64,000 nt of DNA. Source: Ptychomitrium polyphyllum (lineage: Eukaryota). The position numbers and the translations under genes were made by a program. Under the pieces are notes generated by a model. The model ran no database searches. It worked only from the letters and a program-made list of their open reading frames with translations, and was not told the DNA's origin. Positions 12,605-26,007 of the stretch are shown here, piece by piece. The stretch lies in assembly GCA_973851085.1 (NCBI GenBank), contig OZ316776.1:620001-684000 (forward strand), in the 5' to 3' direction. How positions within the stretch are numbered: position 1 is the stretch's first letter; each line of letters opens with the position of its first letter.

Positions 12605-14299
12605 ACATCTCGTTATTTGCAGTCAACGCTACACACTGCAGGATATAGCCTCCAGATTAAATCTCGAAGCAGGTGCCTTGTGGCATGACCGGTGCCGCAT
12701 CACCAGAGAATCATTCGGCGAATCACTTCATGTGCAAGCATTTGCCGTATTCGGTTACTGCTCGGCTCAAACTGGAAAACGAAAAGAAATACTGTGTAGC
12801 ATTTGTACCACCCAGCTTGTCTTCACCAAAGAAATGCACGAATCAAGATACCGTTCTCTGTACCTACTACCAGCATCTGCAGGGGTCTTTGGTCTCAAGC
12901 ACTCGGATTTTCTCAACCTCCTTTTCCAAATCCGAGCACGTACTTCGCCAATAATTTATGAATAATAATCTAGACCCTGGAGATGTGAGGAGGTGTCTGT
13001 GTAGCGTTAACATCATCATCGTTTGCCTCAATCATCTGGCACTAGCCTGGATCTGATGACAAGTAAGGTATGGTGTTCCTTCTCCGTCTTGCAATTTCTC
13101 TCATTTGGAACCCTTGTAAGTGTTTCCTTGTCTTCTTAGCCTTTATCCCGAATTCCTCAGACCCGATCGTTTATCTGTCGTTGCTGCACTTCCATCTGCT
13201 CGTTCCCAGAACCCATCCCTAGTGGGGGTACATCCAGATTATCGTTTGGTAGGCTTAGCTTCAGGGAAATCGAGGTGGAGCATAACAGTCTTCGTTTGCT
13301 TCTCACCCTACTCTGGAGGTCTTGTGTGGAATATTTCATCAGCATAGACTTGTTCACTTTCATTCCCACCTCTCAAGATGAAAATGATTCCCTTTTCTGA
13401 TCTAAGCTCAGGCAGTATCTTTCTCAATACCACACCACAACTTTGCTTGGAGTGACAGGAAAAAATGAATGGTTTGCAATAAAAGGTACATAACAGTACT
13501 AATGCAAGCACAAGTTCACAAACCCGCCAACTGGAACTTCACACCTGGTGGATGAAGCGGCTCAGAATGCATCACAGTACCACCTCTTCTCCACTGACTT
13601 TACATTCACCTGAACGCACTGAGAGCATGCTGGAGAGGACAGAGATTGAAAAATGCAGTAGCGCTGAGCAATAGAAAGAACGGTCCCAAGTGTCACTGAA
13701 CTCGGGCACAGGAGCCCGATTCCGATTCTGACGAAGAGGAAGTGGCAGGGATTAGCAATATGGAAGTGTTGACGGCTTTGCAAACGGGGCACTTTCTACT
13801 TCACATTTGATGAAGGCGAAGGTTGATTATTGGTGATGGGCAAGGAGATTACAGAGGACGGACAGGCACAGCTCTATCATGCTCAAATATATTAGGGTCA
13901 TCCAGAAACACTCGAGTTTTTCCTAAAAAATTGACCTGAGTGGGTACTGAAGATCGTCATATAGGTTAACCTGTATGAACAATCTTTATCTCTTTGTGAA
14001 TAAAACTCTCTTACCTTCTGCGAACTATCGTTTTTATTGAGGTATGAGGGCGTTGCAACATTCTGGCACTTAGCAGTTTGTTTCACAGAGTCAAATGTGA
14101 ATTTTCTGAGTAAGAGACCTCATGTGCACAGTCTGGTGAGTACTTCTAGGTGTCCATCATAACAGATATCCTCCAGAAAGTCTCTAGTAGAGGTGTGAGT
14201 GGATGAACGGGAGTTGGAGCACTAGGAACTGCCACCACACAGAGAATCAAGGAGAATGTTAGGAAGGATACTAGAAGGACAAATTAACTACAAAGTGTG

Positions 14300-15000
14300 T
14301 TCATTTAGAGTACAATATAGTTTGAAGAGTTACCGTCTGTGGAACTACTGTCAATCTAGAAAACTACTGTCCATCTTTGTCTAAAAAGTAGAAGCTCTTA
14401 CCTTGTACGTTGTCCGAGAGCCAATCAAAGATTTGCTTACTGAGTGCGATTCCTAGATCCTTATGATTCGTGGTAACATCCTAGTGAAAGGTATGAAAGA
14501 AAGTCAAGGAACAAAATCATCATGTTGCTGAAGAAACTAATCGGTTACATGAAAGAATAATATTTGAAGGAATTCAAATCCATTGAAGATCAAGTGGAAA
14601 GCATAGGAGTTTGCAGACCTCATCAACTAGTGGCACATATGCGGCTGCACTAACTACCAAGCTAAGTATGGATTATTCTACCGCACCAACATGGTAAAGT
14701 TCCCTTTTCCACCTTTGATGATAATAAGTCAACTTTAATTGATGAAGAGTTGCAAATTCTTTCAAGAACCTTGGAGGAGCACAACAGGAGAGCAAGGCCA
14801 AATGTGACTGGAAGCAAATGTAATCATCATGTCAGTATACTTCCAAATCAAAGTTTGAACCATATTACAAGGGGAAAACCATGACCAACAAAGTGTTCTG
14901 TGATTGCTGTGGTGAAGTAGATGACACAAATCAAAATTGCAAGGTGAGGAAAATTGTGGACGAGGTGAAGGGACATGAAATCAAGTCCAATAAGCTAAAC
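14300..15000 (+). mobile_element. Degenerate retrotransposon gag relic (Copia-like)
   Basis: Broken reading with LLKKLI..., EFKSIEDQVESIG, LIDEELQI and a decayed zinc knuckle CDCCGEVDDTNQNC (Cx2Cx4[D]x4C) at 14899-14940. Boundaries are approximate. Confidence 0.5.
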
Positions 15001-17299
15001 AAGAAATCCACATCACAAGTCAACACAATTTGAAAGAATAGAAGTTAGGGGATTGAGGATAACTAGGATTGCTTACTCGTCCGTCCATTTGCAAAAACGT
15101 CAAATAAACCTCATGTCTGTTCGATAAGGGTAAATTACAATTTGACCTTTGATAATGTGAATTTGGACACACCCTATCCACATAGTACGCCATGTAAGGA
15201 GTTCTAGCCAAGCACAAGCAGAGGTAGAAGGGTTGCAAGTGGATGGAAACACGAGTATTGTTGAATTAGGAAAAAATTTCATTCCACAATGCTAACAACC
15301 TAGTTTATTTTAAAATTAAAATAGGTTATTCATGATTCTTTGAAATTTAACCAACAAAGAATTCTAATAAAAATTTTACATTTTTATTCCAAAATGGTAT
15401 GTACAAGGTTAACTCTTAGTTCTACTTTTGGAATATGTGCTAATAAAACTATGTTGAAAAACTTATAGGGCTATAAATAAAGATCACACTTTTAAATTAT
15501 ATTTTGGAAACAACTTATTGGGCTTCCAAATTTATATAATAAGCTAGTCAATTCTTCTACAATTTTTGATATTGTAGAATTTTTTGTAACATCTTTATAT
15601 ATAAATGCACTAAGCTTTGAGTGAAATGAATTCCATCCTACTATTTCAACATGAAAAAGATTTGCAGGCAACATTGGAATGAGACCAAGTAGCATTATAA
15701 GCAACGCAATGGAAAAATAGTGTAATGTGATGTAAAGACATACAATAATTTTGTTTTAAAGATCAAGTTTATTACATTGTAAATTAAATGCTTACATTGT
15801 ACATTAAATGCTAAGTCTTGAGCACAATAGGTTGAATAGATTTTTTTTTTAAAAACATCATGGCTATGTTGATAAAATTATGTTTTATATGCTATGCTTA
15901 TAACGGAATATTGAATCACATTGCTGCTATTTTTAGATATAATTCTTGGAGGTAGAGGCGCCATTTTTTTGATGAAATGAAGCAATATTGTACATGGATT
16001 TTGTAAAATTAAAGTTTTAATTGAATATTTTATTGCAATCACAAATTTGGTATTTCAAAATTTATTCTTGTATAGAATTTTTAAAAAAAAATTGTAAATG
16101 TTGAATTTCAAAGATATGATTTATTAATATTTATTAATGTTATTTGAATGTACAATAAAGAATTTTTTTTTAAAGCAATAATTATGTAAGAAAATCATCA
16201 TTGAAAACCATACATAATGTATGTTCCTAAATTTTCATTTTCAATGAGATATTATTTTGTTGAATCTTCAAAGCCATATTCATAAGATTATATTTTACAT
16301 GCTATATATGTAATGTTAGATTAATACTATATTGTTGTTATTATTGTATGTAGATTTTGGAATATTCAAAAAGATAGCTTATTATTTTATGCCAATATTT
16401 TCTTAAGATTCATATAAGGTTATCTAATTCAACAATCTAATTTGTATTTACTGAGAGTAGATTGCATACAAATGAATTTAGTATAAATGGAAATTTTTGA
16501 ATTTTATTTAATCCTGGTTCAAATTGTAATTTATTAACTTAAATCATATATATGAGAAAATATTACATGTTTTTTAAAACATACTAAACACTTTATATAA
16601 ACATTAGAAATTTTCTTTAAACCATGTGCAAAAGCAACATGAATTTTAGTATACTATAAAATCTATAACTATGATGGCATTGAATATATGATTTCTACTA
16701 TATTAATAATAATATTGAATTATGCAAGTATTATCCAATCTTATTAAATCAGAAGTAAATATATCAATTTATTCAATAATTTATGGTATAAAGCATATTT
16801 CACAATAGAAATTATTATAGTTAGTTTTTTTAAAAGAAAAAATTAAAAAATGAAATTGATGATAATTTTTAATCATAAATTTATCTAAAATATGGTTATA
16901 AGTATACTTAGTTCTATAATTATTATTCTAATATTTTATATTTTATAGTTTATACATCAATTGTAACACCAATATAACATCAATGTAATATCAATTGAAG
17001 CACCAATGTAATGAAAGAATGCAATTTTTTGAATGAATGCTTCTTATAAGTTATAGCATTTTACATCTATGTTTTAATGTGCTTAATAGTTCTTCAAAGC
17101 TATAATAATAGGTTTTTTTTTTGGTACATTTATGAAAAGACTATGCTAAAAATGATTATGGAACAAGTGCATGTAAATAGTGTGTGGCCAAAGAATATAA
17201 AGTACAAGAGTTTCAATCCTTTATAAGAATTTTTTTGTAATTATAAAGTTAATTAAAATTATTATGTAAATATGGATTGTATCATACAACAGATTGAGT

Positions 17300-17904
17300 A
17301 TTACAAATCATCGTCAAATCTAAAATCAAATCCAAACAAGAATATATAATCAATACACTTTCAAGAATCCTCCCTAGCTGCTAATAGAATCCTGCCAAGC
17401 AGCTAGAATCACAACAATATGTAATCGAATTGTAATACTATAGTAAAGCCAGTGCAATAACTATATGCATCCAAGTCGGTGTGGTGGTATCCAAATAAGC
17501 CAAGAAAGCCAATAAAGAAGTAACTAGAGGATTGTAAGCTGGATGCAATGTAAGCTTCATCTATAATTGCCTTCAATAATTTTGGGAATTGAATTCCATG
17601 GTCAATCTTCATGCCATATTCAAATCTTGGGCATGCAAATTAGTGCCTACCAACTGAACGGTAGTGGGGCCTCCAAAACATGTGATAAATCCTCAAGAAG
17701 TCTTCAACACTCATGGCCAAATGCAATATGTTTAGAAGATCTTCTACAACAAGGGCAAATCCAAACTCATGAAGATAGAGTAAAAAGAAGTGGTGTCAAA
17801 TATGCCATATGCTAACCACGTTGGTATTAATTATACAATAGCAAAGTAGTTGCTTTTTTCTTCTCACTACATACAAAATAAAGAAGGCCATTTTGCACAA
17901 TAGC
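17300..17904 (-). mobile_element. 3' part of an older Gypsy element: PHD finger at the integrase C-terminus, 3' region, PPT
   Basis: The minus strand reads AIVQNGLLYFVCSEKKKATTLLLYN*YQRG*HMAYLTPLLFTLSS*VWICPCCRR, a decayed C4HC3 PHD. A purine tract gctagggaggattct is followed by TG at ~17363. The frame continues from 26008 across the chromovirus insertion. Confidence 0.75.
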
Positions 17905-18381
17905 TGTTAAGGACATAAGAAACAAGAAGCAAAAATAAAGTGTTTTCTAAGAATTAGTTTCCAAAGAACTAATGATTAACAAGAATTGATACAAAGACTT
18001 GAGTAAGGCATGATACAATATGATCCACAAATTGTGTTGGCAAAACTCGGGTATACCTTATCTTTCCTCCTATTAATATTATGATGTTTATATCTCCTAG
18101 AATACTTCTAAAGAAGCTTCCTAGAAAGCTTAAGAATGTTCTAGAAGTCAATGGATCTTTTCTAAGAAGTTTTTCAAAATAGTGGAACCTCCTTAGGAAG
18201 TTTTTTAAAGAAGTAGAACCTTCCTCAAAAGTTTCTCAAGGAAGTGGAACCTTCTTAAGAAGCTTCTCAAAGAAGTGGAACTGCTATTAAAGAATTGAAA
18301 GTATTCTAAGAAGCTACTACAATATACCAGAAGGTTTTAGAAGGTTTTAAAGATTATGTTGCATGATCTATGTATGTGACA
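17905..18381 (-). repeat. 3' LTR of the chromovirus
   Basis: tgttaagga...tgtgaca. Matches 25506-26007 and contains ~30-bp tandem units (gtggaaccttcttaagaag...). Confidence 0.95.
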
Positions 18382-19383
18382 TTGCCTCTTTCTTTGACAA
18401 CAAGTTCCATGAGGAGCTCTTTTTGTGGCTTACTTGTTACATCTTCACAAATTTCAAAATTTATCAAAGAAGATAATCAACATATTCTACTTGTTATTCT
18501 TTGCCCACTAGTTCAATTAGTTCATGCAAAAAGCGTTAATGACTATCAGCCAAGACTTGTGTTGTTGAAATGTTCCAGCCCAAGATTTAATCTTGATTCA
18601 GTCTTCTAAAACATCCTCCAAACATGATCTCTGGTCTATTGGAGTGGTTCTTCTAATTTCTAGCGAGATGATCAGAGCTCAAGTATTTGAATTAAGACTA
18701 GAATGTGAAAGGCGATTGGCCAATACTTCTGCATAAGGTCGCATTTAATGTTGGAATGCCTCCCACATATCTTGGCTTAGATCCTTTGGTATTGAAGGTT
18801 GACTAAGTTGAGTTGGTTTAATAGATCTGTTGTTGAAGAAGGCACAACCGATTGCTCTTAACGCATATCCATGATAATACAAAAATTTGATATGCTAGTT
18901 AGGATCTAGAGATGATTTAATTTGGAAATAATATTGTATATAATTGAAGGTTGGATATTGCTCCCTCCTTTTTATATTTGTCTATGAAAAATCTTCTCCA
19001 TGAAACTAATGGCTAGTGATTTATCATAATACGTCATTAATGATTTGGTTTCTGAGGATATCTTTGATGAAACTTGCATACCTTGTTAAGTGCATTTGTT
19101 ACATTCATTGAAGGTTCACATGATTTGTCATTGATGCCATATTCTTGCCAATGTATAAGATACTCCACACGTCCATTCTTAATGCGTGAATCTAAAATCT
19201 CTTTGACTTCATATTCCATTTCATTATTGATTTCTATAAGAAGAGGCAAAAGAACAACCTTTTTTGGTATACTTGACTTGTAGTAGGTTTCCAACAAAGA
19301 AACATAGAATGAATTTGTATGACTGTTGGTAGTTTGAGGCAATAATTGACAAGATTTATTTTTTGCTTATTTCAAACAGTTCT

Positions 19384-20547
19384 TGTCGCAACCCTTGTAA
19401 TGCACCTTAACAAGCGTCACGCGCGTCAATCCTATACATCCCCACATGCACATGGTTAACCCCCATTTTCACTCTCCAAGTCCCAAGCTGGATTTCTAAT
19501 TCCCTTAACATTTCTCTTAGGACACCCAATTGATTGGTAGCCAATGGTTAGGTGCGGACTTCCATTCATGTCCAAGGCCTCACTTGGTGTTACTCCCATT
19601 CCACACGGCCTAACCGCACTTAGTGGTATCTCCTGACTACCACTCATGATTCCTATGTGATCCTAAGATCACCTCGGGTCATCATGGTGCCGACGTGAAG
19701 ACACCACTCCAACTTAGTGGTAACAAGCGTACCCTTTTGAACATGCTAGTTCCCTCCGTGAAACCGGCCGTCCACCGGCTCACAATGGTGTGGAAGTTCC
19801 TGTGGTGAAGCCCCAACACTAGCTCTATCAACCGAGACTTTCCCTTGGTTCCTACCGGGATACTAGGGGAGTGGGGAGGGGGACTAGCCCTCCCTTATAG
19901 TACTCTCTGTAGGATTTGGCAAGCCCCCTGGCCCTCTGTAGTTGGCTGAACCCCAACACACCCAAAGTTTTGGAAGACCACCCGATCTCCCTTGAGACTT
20001 AGCCGCTGGAAGTCTCCGGAATTCCCTGCGGACGTTTAGGGAGCCTTATCTTCCTTGTTCGGTGCCTGAATGTATCAAGCGACCACTCTATCGTCATTTA
20101 CTCTTTGCTTAGATGTTGATAAACTCCTCAAACGTCCAATTTGAGTTAGTACTCTGGGAGATATGCCTCTTCCAAGGTTCGAGACTCCCAGGGAGTCCTT
20201 CCCTGGACTGTCCCACTCCAGTACAGTCACTGTGTAGGGCTGCCACAGTCCAAAACAGCCCCTTGGCAACCCCAACTTTGGGATGCCATAACTTTTAGCT
20301 CCCTTGTCCGATTTGAGCAATCTTTAGCATTCTAGAATCAACTCTTTGTAGTTCCTCCAATGCCTACAATTTATCCCTCATGGCCCTCGGTCTACATGGG
20401 TAAGGATGTTTCTCCCCCTAAGAGTCCTTCCCACGCTAGGCCCACTCAATTCCTTTCATTATTGGAGCCACAAGTCTCGGACGTCACTCCAGGGTCCTCC
20501 TTGTGTCCTTAGTGTTGCGGGCACTTGTCAAGAAGAGGTGCGCGATA
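19384..20547. mobile_element. Solo LTR (family B, ~1.16 kb) nested in the chromovirus integrase
   Basis: Termini tgtcgca...gcgcgata, TSD gttct/attct, homologous along its length to 36245-37389. Confidence 0.9.
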
Positions 20548-20724
20548 ATTCTATCCTTTATTAGTCCAATTTCTTCAACAGTCTTTTTGTTTGTATGTTT
20601 TATTGTAAAAGCCATATGCTATTTTCAACCTTGAATTTTGGATGGTCTTTTCTATGACAATCTATATAAGTCTTGTACCAATCTTGAGCTTACTGTAATT
20701 AAAAAACAAGTTTTTGGTGGATTT

Positions 20725-21322
20725 TATTAAGGGCACAAGAAATAAGAAGCGGAAATGAAGTGTTTACCAAGAATTAGCTTCCAAAAAGCTAATGATTAAT
20801 AAGAACTTGATACAAAAACTAAAGCAAGGCAGGATTCAACATGATCCAAAATTTGTGTTGGCAAGACTAAGGAATACCTTGTCCTGCCTCCTATTTATAC
20901 TATGACGTTTGTATTTCCTAGGATATTTCTAAAGAAACTTCCTATAAGGCTTAAGAATGTTCTGGAAGTCTAGAGAACCTTTCCAAGAAGTTTCTTAAGA
21001 TATTGGAACCTTTTTAAAAAGCCTCCAAAGAATCGGAACCTTTCTTGGAAGTTTTCTAAGGTAGCGGAACCTTCTTAGGAAGTTTCCTAAAGAGGTAGAA
21101 CCTTCCTAGGAAGTTTCCTAAAGTGATGGAATCTTTGTAGAAAGTTTTCTAAAGTGGAGGAACTTTCCTCGGAAGCTTCCTAAAGACATGGAAAGTAGCC
21201 TTTTCTAAAGTGGAGGAACTTTCCTACGAAGACATTTAAAAGTATTATAAAAAGCTATTATAGTATACTAGAAGTTTCTAGAATGTTCTAAATACTATGT
21301 TGCATGATCTATGTCCGTAACA
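20725..21322. mobile_element. Solo LTR related to the host chromovirus LTR, nested in its integrase
   Basis: tattaagggc...ccgtaaca, homologous to 17905-18381 but with more ~30-bp tandem units. TSD gattt/aattt. Confidence 0.9.
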
Positions 21323-24300
21323 AATTTTAGCAAGTTGAGTTGCAAAATCCATTGCTGCAGAACTTTGAACATGCTTCACTTGAATTGAGTCTACTCAAGA
21401 ACGATGGCCATAGTTTGCAAACTATGGAGTTTTTATTGTTGAAGAATGCATTGTATTATTGTAAGCAAATTCCTCCTAAGCTAAGTAGTCCATCTAGTTT
21501 TCTTGCTGGTAGTTTATGCTACAACAAAGGTATTGTTTCAAAATTTGATTCACATGTTTGGTTTGATCATCATTTGGCGGATGGTGAGTTGAAGAAAGAT
21601 TAATCTTCATGTGCAATAGCTAGAATAGAGCCCTCTAAAAGTTGGAGATAAATTGTGGTCCATGATTGGATATAATATCATTTGGTAATTCATATATACA
21701 GTAGATGTGATTTAGAAACAACCTGGCAATTTTTTCTCTCGTTACTGTCTTGTTGCATGCAATGAAATGCGCCATTTTGATACATGAATCCACCACTATT
21801 AGAATAAAATCTTTAGAATTGGAGTTGAAGAGGTTTGTTATAAAATTCATTGACAATGACGACCAAGGATCCTTTGGCATTGGAAGCAAATGAAGGAGAC
21901 CATGAAGTTGGTATCTTGGTACCGTGGCCCTTGCACAAGTGTTGTATGATTAAACAAAGTCCTTCACATATTTCTACATTTGTGGCTACCAATAGTCTTT
22001 AGTAATCAACTCCATTATTTTCCTCAATCCAAAATGCCCTGCTGCTAGAAGTAGGTACAAAATTCCTTTATAATAAAGTAGGCCTTCTTGGAATTTAAAG
22101 TTTTCATTGCTATTTGAAGAATCTCCGTTGTCTTTGAAACGCCTCCTTATAATTGAAACAAAGACATCATTCTTCAAAGTCCTTTGAATCTTGTCAAGAT
22201 GGGATGTTGTGGTAATAATTGCTGCTTTCAATTGAAGATTTTGTGGCTTCAATAAAAAAATGCTTTATCAATTTAAAACATCATCTCCAAGTTGAGAAAT
22301 TAAATAAGATCTTTGAGATAAAGCATTTGGCTTACCTTGTAGGCTACCAGGTCAATAGGCAATGAAAAAGTCAAATATGGATAGCGACATACTCCACCTT
22401 GCTTGACAATGATTTAAAACACGTCCATTCATGAAATACTCCAAGTTCTTGTGGTCTGTATATATAATGATGGTAAATTGAGCTTCTTCTAATAAATGTT
22501 GCAATTTTTCAAACGCATCTACAATTACAAATAACTCCTTGTCATATATATTATACTTGATCTCTGTTGCTCAGAACTTCCTTGAACAAAAGGCAATAGG
22601 GTGGAGTCTTCCATCTTCATCATATTGTGAGAGTATTAAGCCAAGTGCAAAATTTGAGGCATTTGTTTCCAAATAGAAGGACTTTGATGGATTTGGATGA
22701 ATAAGGATTGGAACAAATATAAATCATTTAAGACCTTAAAATGCTTGCTTTGCCTCTTCATTCCAAATGAATTTTTGCTTCCCCGTAAGTCGCGTCAATT
22801 GTAATGCAATTTTGGAATAATCTTTGATGAATATCATGTAAACATTTGCAAATTCTAAGAAGCATTGAACATCTCAAATTGATTTTGGCATACTTTATTC
22901 TATAACAATGCTTATTTCTTTTCATCAATATAAATTCTTCCTTTAGAAATTATGTAGCCTAAAAATTCAACCAAGGATTCATGAAAATTGCACTTTTCCA
23001 ATTTAAAATATAATCTTCACTGGCATAGTTTTTCTAAGATCAATTGCACATAATTTTTGTGGTCTTGTTTATCCTTTGAATATATCAAAATGTCATCTAA
23101 GTAAATGATTACAAAATCGTCCAAATGTTCATGGAAAATATCATTTATTGTGTGTTGGAAAATTGTAAGGGCATTAATAAGGCCAAAGGGCATGACATTG
23201 TATTCAAAATGGCCATATCTAAATAAAAAAGTTGTCTTCCATTCATCTCCTTCTTTGATGCGTATAAGATTGTAGGCTCTCCTAAGGTCAATCTTGGTAA
23301 TTATTTTTGCTTGGCCTAGTTGTTGTAGGAGTCTTGGATTAATGATAATGGATAGCAATTCTTCTTAGTCACTTTATTGAGGCCTCAATAGTCCACGCAC
23401 ATACGTAATGATCCATCATTTTTCTTTACAAATAAAATAGGTGGTCCAGCAGGTGATTTAGACTGTTGGATGAAGTCCTACTCAAGGTATTCATCAATAT
23501 ATTCTCTCAAAGCAATCAACTTAATTTGTAATAGATTATAGATAGGTCCAAAAGGTGGTTGGATTCCTTTTTGCAATTCAATGGCACAATTGTAAGACAA
23601 ATATTTTGATAATACGTCCGCATTTTTCTTCTTAAAAATATCTTTATAATATTGGTATTGATAAGGTATGCCATGATTAATTTCTACTATAAAGTTAGAC
23701 ATTGAAGTGGTATAAATGGCATAGATTGATTTATGCTTTGCCGCTCTCATGAATGCCTTATATCCAATAAATGATGGTCTATAATTTCTTGTATCTTAAC
23801 GTCTTTTTCTAGAGACTATATTCCGTGAGCGCCAATTAATGTCTAGATTATGCAATTTAAACCAAATAAGGTCCAAGACAATAAGATTTATTTAGCATTG
23901 AATGATGTTGAAGACAGTCTTACATGTTTGGTTTCCCAAAACAACCTCCAAGGATTGAGTTTCTTCAATAATATTACTAGATGCAAAGATTGTCCATTGA
24001 TAATTTCATGGCATGCGGTATATTTTTTGTTTACAAGCACTATGTGGTATTTGATTGCAAAATCTTTGTCCATAAATCATGTTGTTGCATCAATGTACAA
24101 AAGAACTTCACTATATATTTCACCATCTAATAATTTGATTTTTATAGGAAATGTAAAACAAGGGATATGAGTTGAAGGTAATAAGAGACCTTGATTTGAT
24201 AGTTGTTTCCTTGTGGTATATGTTTGCATTGTCTCTATTATAACTGGACAATCTTATTTTTCAACTCCACCATTATACTTTGAGTCCAAAAAGTAGATCT

Positions 24301-25505
24301 ATTGATTTAGCAATTACGCACTTTATGTTCAGACTTGCTACAATACAAACATAGGTTTTTTCTTTAACTTTTTTTTTTTTTTTTGTGAATCAACCGTCCA
24401 AATTCAGCAACATCAATTTGCATAAGTTTTAGTTATTGTGGTCGGCTTTCTGATACTTTTGAAGAAATGGTTGCCATACCTTGATGTATTGATCGTCATT
24501 TCAAGCGTTGTTCTTAGCGCCTCTCAAATAGTTTATTGCCATATGCTATTGCTTGAATGATGAATTCATCTAACGTTTCAACCTTTGGCATTGTGAGTAA
24601 CAAGTCCTTCACATTTTCTCTCAAGCCCCATTGGAATTGTGTGACTAAGGCCTTCTTATTCCAATCAAGGTTGCAAATTCGTTGTCAAAACTCTATAGTA
24701 TATATAGCAACCAAGCAATGTCTTTCTTGTAGACTTTAGATCCTTGTTTTAGCCACCCTCTCTTAATTGGTGTCTCTAAAAATAGATGTCAACGCTTCCA
24801 TGAAAGCATTTAAATTATTCAATAATGGTAGCTGCTTCTCTATTAATGTTGTGAACCACAATAGTGCATTGTTTGATTTAAAGGTGGCTATAAATTTCAT
24901 TTGAGTAGTGCCATCAAGATAACAAGATTAATTCAAAGTGATAAAGAATCTTATTTATTAAACAAAGGCTTTCAACTTTGTTCTAAATCCATCAAATTTA
25001 TCTAGCATATTAATCTTTGATTCTGCGTGGTTTTGAAGTAAGCCTTCTCTTCCAATATTAGCCTCTCATAATCAAACAATATCTTGATATAAACTTTGAA
25101 TATTGTCATTGGATTTTTCAACTTGATAAGTGTATTGTTCTAAATTATTGGTCGTGTTGAAGCAAGCAAGTAGCATTCAAACTATGTTTAATAACTCTTG
25201 AAAGTTTGCAATAGTTACAAATCTATTCTCTAATGTTTTAGGCATGTTATCCATTATTTCAGATTGTGAGAGACAAAAAGACTATAAATGTCTTCAAAGG
25301 AGGGTAATCCATATCTTTTGAAAGATTGATCATTTTTCAAAAGAAGTAATATTTTTTTTTACAAGAAAAAACCAACTTATAGTGTCAATTTAGAGGAGGA
25401 TAATCCGCAACCTCTAAGTCGCTATGATTCTAAAAAAGATGGATAATCCACTATCTTCTTCAAAGAACTTTAGTTGTGACAAAGATGAAGAATAGTCTTG
25501 CAAAC

Positions 25506-26007
25506 TGTTAAGAATACAAGAAATAAGAAGCAAAAACAATGTGTTTCCTAAGAATTAGCTTCTAAAGAACTAATGATTAACAAGAATTGATACAAAGACT
25601 TGAGTAAGGCATGATACAATATGATCCACAACTTATGTTGGCAAAACTCGGGTATATCTTATCTTTCCTTCTATTAATATTATGATATTTATATCTCCTA
25701 GAATATTTCTAAAGAAGCTTCCTAGAAAGCTTAAGAATGTTCTAGAAATCAATGGATCTTTTCTAAGAAGTTTTTCAAAATAGTGGAACCTCCTTAGGAA
25801 GTTTTTTAAAGAAGTAGAACCTTCCTCGAAAGTTTCTTAAGGAAGTGGAACCTTCTTAAGAAGCTTCTCAAAGAAGTGGAATAAGAAGCTTCTCAAAGAA
25901 GTGAAACTGCTATTAAAGAATTGAAAGTATTCTAAGAAGCTACTACAATATACCAAAAGGTTTTAGAAGGTTTTAAAGATTATGTTGCATGACCTATGTC
26001 TGTGACA
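25506..26007 (-). repeat. 5' LTR of the chromovirus
   Basis: Matches 17905-18381 with one extra ~25-bp tandem unit near 25861-25905. Confidence 0.95.

Larger units (their letters stand above)
17905..26007 (-). mobile_element. Full-length but degenerate chromovirus (Ty3/Gypsy, Tcn1-like) LTR retrotransposon
   Basis: LTRs 17905-18381 and 25506-26007 (TG...CA) with TSD atagc/attgc. Gag knuckle CLYCSKSEHKVRNC at ~24311-24352, protease ~23900-24150, RT (KIDLRRAYNLIRIKEGDEWKTTF, YLDDILIYS) ~23020-23560, RNase H ~22330-22800, integrase ~21340-22050, chromodomain EYEVKEILDSR...YLIHW at 19037-19230, PPT next to 18381. Many stops and frameshifts. Confidence 0.95.

Noticed and set aside
18110..18300. 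~30-bp periodic repeats (also ~20930-21240 and ~25720-25910) resembling a CRISPR-like array
   Set aside because: Degenerate tandem units without unique spacers, inside LTRs of a eukaryotic retrotransposon.
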